64,000 bases of DNA from Balanoglossus misakiensis. Lineage: Eukaryota > Animalia > Hemichordata. Within the stretch, counting starts at the first letter, position 1, and each line of letters begins with the position of its first letter. The stretch spans positions 4,778,110 through 4,842,109 of the forward strand of contig CM082584.2 of NCBI GenBank assembly GCA_040954595.2. The letters are read 5' to 3'. The translations under genes were made by a program, and so were the position numbers. The notes under the pieces were generated by a model. The model searched no databases and had not been told where the DNA came from. It saw only the letters and a list, made by a program, of their open reading frames with translations. Below, one piece after another: positions 1 through 64,000 of the stretch.

Positions 1-402
1 TTATTGATAGTAAATAAGCAACGATTAACATTGCTATACTTTTTAAAACTTATTATTTTACCAAACTCTGGTAGATATCTCCTTTTTGGCACTTTCGACA
101 TTTATGCTATTTTTTCCTGTCTCACTGTCCGGTACCATTTCAGCTTTAGCAATTCAAGTACATTATGGCCGAAGAATAGCTGTGACTGTGTTGATATACT
201 CATAGCAGTAAGATGTGTGGGTCTGCATGCGCGATTTTTGCAGGCAGTTGTTCTTTTGTTTTGTTTTTATGCAGATACATTGTCGGAAGAAACTCTTGAT
301 TCATTTGCTGAGGTGGTTGTTTGGGGACGGTGGGGGACGGTTTTGTCGCAATTATTGTGGCTGTTGGAATGGTGCGTGATCTTGAACTTCTTCCTATCTG
401 CC

Positions 403-637
403 TTATGACACGCCTTCTCTTGTTGTTGGTTGTGTGACACTACTGCAGCCATGGTACACTTGAACCGCAGCAGGTGAGTTTGAATATGCATTCGGTTGTG
501 ATGGGTATTGGTCATCTGAAATTTGAAAATACGCTAATGCTTTCAAAGTTCTCCACAATATAACAAGTTGAATACAATGCATGCAATTACATTGTACTAC
601 ATCGAACCACCTTTTCATCACACGTGATCACGTCCGT

Positions 638-675
<38 letters not shown>

Positions 676-3000
676 GGAGGTTTGGCTTATAGTGCTTACA
701 TGACTTTTATTGTACACCTTTGCTTGTTTCTTTAATGTTTGTGGTAGATTCGAATGCCATAAAACAAGAGGAGGCCAGAGCACAAGAAACATATTCCATT
801 CCGAGTCTGACATTTTAAGGGGTAATATACTACACTATGCTTAATTAAGATACACTGTTTAATACATTTCAATAACTAACCTGCTGATAGGGGGCCGTCA
901 CGTTCCACAGACAATTCTTGCATATGAACACGTATCTGTGAGAATAAAAGAATATAACGATTTTCTAGTGTGATTATAATGAACGCAGAAATTAGCATCA
1001 ATAACTTCAAAGGAAACAAACGCCCATTATTACTGCAAACGTTGTGAGTGAACCAACGCAAACAATGATATCACGAAAATAGCCTTGCCTAATATGCGTT
1101 TGTCAAAGTCCCAAAAAGTCTTATACCACTGTGTCTTCTCGAATAAATTACTAACCCCATTCTGGCGTTGCTGACAGAGAGCTCTGCAACAGAACACAGA
1201 TGAAACGACAGCAATAACCGCTGAAACCACAGCAACAGACACCAACAGAGCATCGACTGCAATTCTTACGCCCTGTGAAATACAGCGCGAGAAGTTATAT
1301 TAATGGGAACTGAGTATTCAGATGCTGCGTAAGTGTAAGTGGTTTTGTCGGAGGAAAAGATAAAGGGGGGGGGGGGGTCACATTTTCCAAACGCCACGTG
1401 TATGAACCGGTGCCTTAACAGTTATGTTTCATATTCCATGACAAGTGCATATTCTATTTTGAAGCCCTGAAACCTCAGTTGTTTTTTTCTAGCGAAAACT
1501 GGCGACTTGCGGTTGCCTATTATTTTTTAGGCCTACAGTGGTCTGTAGGCCTAAGATTGGTTGCAGTTGTTTTGAAGAGCGGCCTTGATTGGCTGTATTG
1601 TTTCCTGAGGTATAATTTCCGCGCGTTCATGTGACCTATTGTGCAAATGTCATGCGCAAACTTAGCCTCTGGCAAGGAGGAGGTGACGAAAGGAAATGAT
1701 GCCGGGTCCACGGATATGAGCAGGGGACGGTTGGAGCGCAGTTAATTGTCTTTCATTCTTGCCAGCCGATGCAACTGGCGTGGGTGGTGGGGAAAGTGTT
1801 AAGTGTCTTGCAAGAATCATTTGTGACGTACTTACTTCCTCCGCTCGGTAATATTCCCAGTCTTCTTCAACCAACATCGAAAACACAGAGAAAATCACCA
1901 GCAGGGGTGAAAACACCACCGCCGCCACGATCGATAAGGCCATGAACGTGATAATCTGTTAATGATAGATCAACAGAGGAATCAATCTGAAGCATCATTT
2001 AGGTATAGATGTCCAAATTAACAATCCGAAAAAAACTGATATTCAAAGTGATTCTATTATAGTTAACCATGTGATTATCAGTGTTATATTTTTTTCATGA
2101 AAACTGTCATAAATCGGTTAAAGACTTTTCACTACAATGGATGGACTCTAGATATCACTTAATTTGTATCACGTTTTATAAACTGGAATAAATTACCGTG
2201 CAATTGGTCTTCTTTGACGACGCCAGCATTCCAAAAATACCAGTCACTATGAACTGTGAAAACAAAGAAAACATATGCCTTATGTGGAAACCGTTTGTAT
2301 CTTTAACGAAGAAATTCTCGCTACCCAAAATGTAGTTTTGCTACCTAGCTTAATGACACGAATCTTTTGGGGTCGACTCATTTAGCGGATTTCTTCCGTG
2401 TTTTAACACATGCAAGTTTGTAAGCTAGACAAACTTCGGATCATACTAGAATTATGATGATGAAAAATAAATACAAAATGCGACAAAACTGAACGAGTTC
2501 TATGTGCTTGTTACGACATGAGAAACTTATTAGACAGTTTGATAAACAGAAGGGAAACAATAACATAATAACTGTAAGACACTTTAAAACTAGTGTCCAT
2601 TTAAATTAAATACTAATAAATATATATTAAATTAAATATTTATTAAATGTTATATGAACATTACTATAACTACAAAGATTAACGATTAAATCGAATGTGT
2701 AAAATAATGCAGATATCTTTTCAAAAAATAAAAGCAAAGACAATCTTTACTTACGTAAATGCCGCACCATATTCCCGTTGAAAAATAGGCCAGCGCACAA
2801 CCGATCACAAGCGAGATTATTCCCAAGGACATTGCTAAACTTCCGAAAACAATCTGAGAGATACTTAAGCCAGCCACAGTTCGATGATTAAATCCTGGTC
2901 GTGTTGTTGACAAGTACGCTGTTGATGGAGGCCATTGCTGGAAAGGGTGTACTGACTGTTGTGCGGTCAACTCCTGTGGCGTGGCGTGTTGTTCCGCCAT
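403..3000 (-). CDS. MS4A: MS4A/CD20-like four-transmembrane protein, ~235 aa, 6 coding exons (2755-3000, 2197-2253, 1836-1955, 1156-1272, 881-935, 403-515)
   Basis: All introns are GT-AG with matching phases. The spliced protein has four hydrophobic segments: LSISQIVFGSLAMSLGII, TGIWCGIY/FIVTGIFGMLA, IITFMALSIVAAVVF and VAVVSAVIAVVSSVFCCRALC. The Q-I-x-x-G, G-I-W-x-G...F-I-x-T-G and SS-x-x-CC patterns are typical of the CD20/MS4A family. P/Q/Y-rich termini; stop TAA at 403-405. Family-level call only. Confidence 0.85.
645..672. repeat. (CT)n microsatellite in an MS4A intron
   Basis: Directly visible. Confidence 0.9.
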
Positions 3001-4523
3001 TTTTTGGTAAGAAATCTGAAGACGAGATAAAGCTATAGAAATGAGACAATTGCAAGCCAAGACATTGGAGGAGGGGAAAGCAACGACTATGGGAATTGGT
3101 TTGATGTGATATGTTGTTTATGGCAATTTTAACGGCATGTGGAGAGTGTTGCCACGGCAACATTTCTGTTCACGGAAAGTGTTAGTCTGCGGGCTTCATT
3201 ATTTAATAATAAATACTTTTGAGAAATTTTGTTCCCAGTCTCTCCATATAGTGTGAGTGTGGAGTATAAATCGGTAATCAGTGTACGTTAAAAGTTTGAT
3301 TTCTGTATATGTCCGTACGGGTAATGTGGTCGTCATTCCGGCTTATTAGATTCCAACCTGAAGCGCCCTCTGTTGCCATGGCTGCGCTTTTCTAACTTCA
3401 ACCTTTGTAACCACTGCACGATTGCTTACCACCGTTTCATATCACATGTGCAAACATTGTGTTATTCAAGCACTCTGCATGTCGTGGGCGCGTCATGGGT
3501 CATCTCCGGTGATAGACCATAAGGGTTGTCACTTTAACGTTTTCACCGGTGCAGCTATGTCAATGATCCGTCTCGGACAGAAAACGAGCGAACAGTTTCC
3601 GACGCCGCTGCGCCGGCCTTAAGTAACGACGGCGGCGACGGGTACCGGCCGTTCAAGGTCATAGTTCTGACGCAAATAAGCGACAGTCGTCAGTCTCAAA
3701 ACAACGACCTAAACTTCAAGCGTGTGCAGGCTAATCCCCTGAATTTGCAGAGAGCATCAAGGGCCTTCTGTGGTAGCTCCATGCAGAGAACAAGCCCTGA
3801 CCCTGCAACGCCACAAGAACCACACATTGAGAACAAGGCTCATTCCGAGTGAAACAATCCTTAGCTGGGAAACTATTCCCTACTTCAGTTGTATTCAATG
3901 TAGGTCATTGAACAGATACTGTTACAAATTAACAGGTTGCCGTTTAATCCAAAGTCATGATGACACCATCATCACAAGCACTGAAACATGGACAATTTTA
4001 CTGCAAGGGAATCGTCTGGGTTATATGTAAATCGTGTCGTTCAGTTTTTCCGCGTCAATCCATAATAAAGTCATTATTCTAAGAGGTTATTATAAGAACT
4101 GCGGTTAGTTAACGCTTCCTATCAATGACATACAAAGATAACGTTTAGTTTTCCTTCGGTGTGGTAAACATGTGAACATTTTAGGCGAGTTTGTACATAA
4201 TTCCCTGAGATCATATTAGAAGGGAAATACATGTATGAATATCTTCCAATAGATTACCGAGATCAAACCTACCTGGTAAGACACTATACGCAATGCTGTA
4301 ATCCGTCAGGTTAGAACCCTTCTAACGGTTGACGTCACATGTATCCTTGGTTTCATTAATCTATAACAATGCATTGTGCACAAGTTCACTGTGGTGTATC
4401 AGAATAAACTTTGCAATGTCATACTGGATACTTGTACATAAATTCAATAAAAAAACCTACTTTCTCCAATTTTGCGGTATGTTGGACACCACGTCGAGAA
4501 AGTGTTAGATGGGGTAATAATGA

Positions 4524-4590
4524 GGCCAAAAAAATTATATGTGCTGTTCCGATTGCATGGTTTTCAAAAATAGGATAGGTAGGTAGGGAA
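4524..4590 (-). mobile_element. Truncated copy of the same MITE family as 8065-8318
   Basis: ggccaaaaaaattatatgtgctgttccgattgcatggttttcaaaaataggataggtaggtaggg matches the reverse complement of the right end of the 8065-8318 element. Confidence 0.7.
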
Positions 4591-5350
4591 ATCTTTTTAT
4601 TTTGCGATTTTTTAAAATTTCTCTGGCCTCCATAGTGTAGAAATGACGTACAACTATTGTGCAGATGGGTGCAGGTGATGAAATTCAATAGAATTTGAAG
4701 TTTCGTGTTCAAAGGTTGGGATTTTGCCATGTTGAATGTATCACTTTTCTTCGTCGGAATTTCTCAATGCGAAATAATTGTAAATAGGATATTTTGAAAG
4801 AGAGTGGGGAATTTAGAATGTGGATGTGCCCATCAATATGAAAGCGGCCACCCCCTTTGAATGATACTACGGCCTACACGTTGATCTCCTTGCCAGTTCA
4901 GAATAGAAGGCGCGTCGTCAACACTGCTGGACATTGCCTGGAGCGAACAACAATAACGCATGCAGGTTTGCTAGCTGTTGGTCCGGGGGTCAAGTTGAGG
5001 TCAGACAACACTGAACTTAAGGTAAGCCTTTGCTCATATATGCAATGTAATTTAATGCCTTCTGAGAGATAGAAAAGATTTAACGGACACTTTCGGTTTA
5101 AAGATTAGTGAGACTGGTAGACGCATTGTTGTTTTATGGCGAGGTTTGCTTCTCGTGATCCGACTTATAATTTATCAGTTCCTATTTCCTTGTAGGGGAT
5201 AATTCATTATTTTCTTTCAGGGAGGGAAAACGTTCCCCGTCCCTTTTATGATCAAAGTTCAATAATAATAGATTCAAGGAAATCATGTCAAAATCTGGGG
5301 AATTTGAAACGGACGACATATAGATAGCAGCAATATTTCTTTTACTTAGT

Positions 5351-5960
5351 CTTATTCGAAAAACACATTCCTGGTCCAACCATAAACCAAATACATTCTT
5401 AAAAGCACTGTCGGTTTACCAAACAATTTTAACAGAGAACATTTTCACATGGTCTTATGTAAAATATAACGCCCCATATGACCCCTCTGAATCACGTGAC
5501 CATTCAGAAGCAAGTTAACTCTATCCACCCACCCTTGGTCGAACATTATGATCAGTCCCTTTTTTACTTGCTTGTCAGTGTGCCCGTGTGATCCTTACAT
5601 GGAGTTGCACTGTTAGTGGTGTGTGTCGGACAGCCATTTCATGCAAGATTGACCAATGCAGTTTGCCTTTATTGACATTTCATAGTCAAATCTCAGCTGA
5701 GGGTGAGTAACCCGTACATAAATGAACGTATTCTCGCCATTTTTGATTCATAAGAAAGGCGATACGCGACTGCTTTCGGTCAACAAAGGGAAAGGGCAAA
5801 CAGAAAAAACGCAGTAACTTTCGGTTTCATGGTAATACAATGCATCGCGGGTCACTTGCACAATGCACTAGTCAATTACCCGGCAAAGAAATAAAAGTTA
5901 ATACCCGCCTATATGCCTAGACAGGCCACCTATATATAGGCAACTAAAAGTAGCTGTAAG
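5351..5960 (+). repeat. ~610-bp direct repeat, copy 1
   Basis: Near-identical to 7084-7685, from cttattcgaaaaacacattcc to gtagctgtaag. Confidence 0.9.
5817..5828 (-). promoter_or_regulatory. ISRE/IRF-like motif GAAACCGAAAGT
   Basis: Plus strand reads ACTTTCGGTTTC, which matches the GAAANNGAAA IRF consensus. Function untested. Confidence 0.4.
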
Positions 5961-7083
5961 CATTGTAGCTCGACAGAGAATTACGTGCGGGTCCTCGGCT
6001 GAACAGTGCAAGCCTAATCCTTCTCTAAAGTTTTGGGTAAGTTTACCATGAATCGTATTTAACACGGGATAAACTTAAACCCAGTTTTGTGTGTTTGTGA
6101 CCAGAAAAGAAACAAAATCTCGGATGGCCATTAAGAAGCATTCCACAAAATCAAGAGTACTGACCAATGATTGCATGCCAGATTTTCTACGCAGATGTTT
6201 TACTCAGAATCACATATTATAAACGGATTAACAAAGTTATCGATTTCCAGATATGCCATTGAGGTATTTAGTGTCCATTGATATTAATCGGCTCGTGTAT
6301 TGGTTGACGTCCGCTGCTTCACGCGCCCTGCCCTGGCCGTGCTACCATTTGTGACGTAGTTGTCCACTAACAAAAATATGTACACTGCTAACAAACGACA
6401 TACTCAGAAAAGACGAAGTACAAGTAGTCATAATTTAGGAGCCCGACAACACACACCAATACAGGGGAAAGGTGGTCGCAAATAATACAGCCCTTCGAGA
6501 ACCATCATTATAGTTGACAAGTACTGAGATACGAATTATCATGCAACACACGTACATACATTCAACTATAGTGCCTGTTATAGAAATGCAGAGTTGTGTA
6601 GTCAAGGTGCAAAGGTGATTGGGAGGCATAACAGGCCTATCCATCATGTGTAGAACTGACAGTTGAGTTAAAAAAAGTGACATTCCTCCAGACCTAACCT
6701 GTTTTGATTACATGTACGTCAGCTGATCGAGTTATCAACGGCATGTCTGTCTCGACGGCGCAGAGAGGACTTAGACGGACGCTTCTGATAGATTACATGA
6801 CATCGCATGTTTTATAAAGTGGCGATCGTGCCTGCTGGAACCTGGGTCACAAAGCAATCTGGCTTACAGGCGCCGTTTGCGCGTTGTCTGCTTGGAAATT
6901 TGAAACAGAAGACATAAATTTATTTAGATCCCATCACATTAATTGGATTTGCATTTTCCATACTTCTTCATTTATTGTTGATGTTCAAAATTTCTAGCGT
7001 AGCATTTTAAACATTTTAAAATCAGTTTAATTTTGTCAATGGTTATACGTTTACATGTCTCACGGGGAGAGTTGTTATCACGT

Positions 7084-7685
7084 CTTATTCGAAAAACACA
7101 TTCCTGGTCCAACCATAAACCAAATACATTCTTAAAAGCACTGTCGGTTTACCAAACAATTTTAACAGAGAACATTTTTACATGGTCTTATGTAAAATAT
7201 AACGCCCCATATGACCCCTCTGAATCACGTGACCATGGCAGAAGCAAGTTAACTCTACCCACCCACCCACCCTTGGTCGAAAATTATGATCAGTCCCTTT
7301 TTTACTTGCTTGTCAGTGTGCCCGTGTGATCCTTACATGGAGTTGCACTGTTAGTGGTGTGTGTCGGACAGCCATTTCATGCAAGATTGACCATGCAGTT
7401 TGCCTTTATTGACATTCCATAGGCAAATCTCAGCTGAGGGTGAGTAACGTATTTCTTCTCGCCATGTTTTGATTCATAAGGAAGGCGATACGCGACTGCT
7501 TTCGGTCAACAAAGGGAAATGGCAAACGGAAAAACGCAGTAACTTTCGGTTTCATGGCAATACAATACATCGCGGGTCACTTCCACAATGATCTAGTCAA
7601 TTACCCGGCAAAGAAATACAAGTTAATACCCGCCTATATGCCAAGACAGGCCACCTATATATAGGCAACTAAAGGTAGCTGTAAG
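7084..7685 (+). repeat. ~600-bp direct repeat, copy 2
   Basis: Near-identical to 5351-5960, with a few substitutions and small indels. Confidence 0.9.
7542..7553 (-). promoter_or_regulatory. ISRE/IRF-like motif GAAACCGAAAGT, second copy
   Basis: Same motif in repeat copy 2, about 1.07 kb upstream of the predicted RNF213 ATG. Confidence 0.4.
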
Positions 7686-7813
7686 GTAGCGTATACAGCT
7701 TTGTCACCACGTATGGTGACCAGGCTATTACAGCTTATAATCGTAGCTGCATCCATTAACACGATTGGGGACAATTGCATACCGACAATGTCGTATTTCT
7801 GTCATTGTTTGAC

Positions 7814-7863
7814 CAAAACAAAACAAAACAAAACAAAACAAAACAAAACAAAACAAAACAAAA
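7814..7863. repeat. (CAAAA)n microsatellite
   Basis: Directly visible. Confidence 0.95.
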
Positions 7864-8064
7864 TAATAAATATGTTGAGTGTGTAGGCTACATATACTGC
7901 GATGAGAGTTTTACAGAGTTTATTACCATGCAATTACCCCAAATTGTTCCAATCGTGTTCATTTTTTTCATTTTACCTCTGAACTCAAACAGTTATGCTA
8001 CGGCACCTAATTCATGAATACTTTCTTGTACAATAATGGTTTGGCTTCTTACCACCCTCCCTAA

Positions 8065-8318
8065 GGCCAAATAAAAAATATGTGCTGTTTTGATTACCCG
8101 ACCTACCCTAATTTTAGCCCGCCGACCCTAAACTTTTTGGAGCTTCGTAAACCGGAAGTAAAAATAACGGTGTCAAATATACAAAATTTATGAACAATGC
8201 GAGAATCACGCAAGAACTATGACGTGTTGCAAAATAAAACAATTTCCCGACCTACCTACCTACCTACCCTATTTTTGAAAACCATGTAATCGGAACAGCA
8301 CATATTTTTTATTTGGCC
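8065..8318. mobile_element. PIF/Harbinger (Tourist-like) MITE
   Basis: TIR GGCCAAATAAAAAATATGTGCTGTT / AACAGCACATATTTTTTATTTGGCC, with TAA on both flanks. Confidence 0.85.
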
Positions 8319-8622
8319 TAAAGCTTTATTTCGACACCGTACTCACGGACTCATGTTAGTTATCCTCATAGATGTCAGTCTAAATTATGAAATTCGATCC
8401 CTCAGGGTAGAATTCCCGGGGAAGGTCAATTTCGCCGACAAGGATGCATGGGAAGTCTCTAAATGTTAACGGGCGCTACGTTTTATGATGTCACCATACT
8501 TTTAACTCCAACCCATTCCTCATAGAACGCCGTCATCCGGTTTCTTTCCACTTTCATATCTTTTTTTTTTCTTGCTTTAGATGGCGGCATATTTCAATTT
8601 ATATTATGCTGCAAAAGCGGGA

Positions 8623-63875
<55,253 letters not shown>

Positions 63876-64000
63876 GTAGGATATTTTCACCCAGTGGTTA
63901 CTGTGTGTATTTATTGCAGCCTAACTTTCACATATATGGTCCGGTCGTCAACAAGAATTATTACATCATTCAAAATTTCATATGGTATTTGTGGTGTTTA

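Noticed and set aside
4-408. 134-aa plus-strand ORF
   Set aside because: It lies antisense to the MS4A-like 3' UTR, has a non-ATG start and shows no recognisable motif.
8413-8460. TTCCCGGGGAA and GGGAAGTCTC as STAT / NF-kB sites near the RNF213 start
   Set aside because: The spacing is TTC-N5-GAA (non-canonical) and the kB match is imperfect. Too weak to call.

Overview
This is AT-rich, intron-dense eukaryotic DNA. The repeat content suggests a marine invertebrate, but the species cannot be read from the sequence. Two genes lie head-to-head. (1) A 6-coding-exon MS4A/CD20-like four-transmembrane gene on the minus strand (403-3000). (2) A giant RNF213/mysterin-like AAA+ ATPase / E3 ubiquitin ligase on the plus strand, starting near 8623 and running off the right edge. 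My hand-spliced model has about 73 exons and roughly 4,500 codons in the window, with no frameshift or stop in the exons I traced. This RNF213 homologue has a UBA-like insertion before the AAA ring, a RING whose second Zn-ligand Cys is Gly, and an RZ finger with the core Cys/His residues but an altered tail. Intron 3 holds a gag/protease-deleted Gypsy LTR retrotransposon (TSD TGCG, tRNA-Lys PBS). A 2-kb foldback-type palindromic element is inserted in its 5' LTR, and an unrelated solo LTR lies nearby. Other introns carry Harbinger- and Kolobok-type MITEs, Helentron/HINE-like elements (one with a ~239-bp tandem array), Crypton-like palindromic elements, Penelope and L2 fragments and microsatellites. 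The intergenic region contains a duplicated ~610-bp module with ISRE-like motifs. All coordinates and comparisons were made by eye; comparisons to human RNF213 are from memory.
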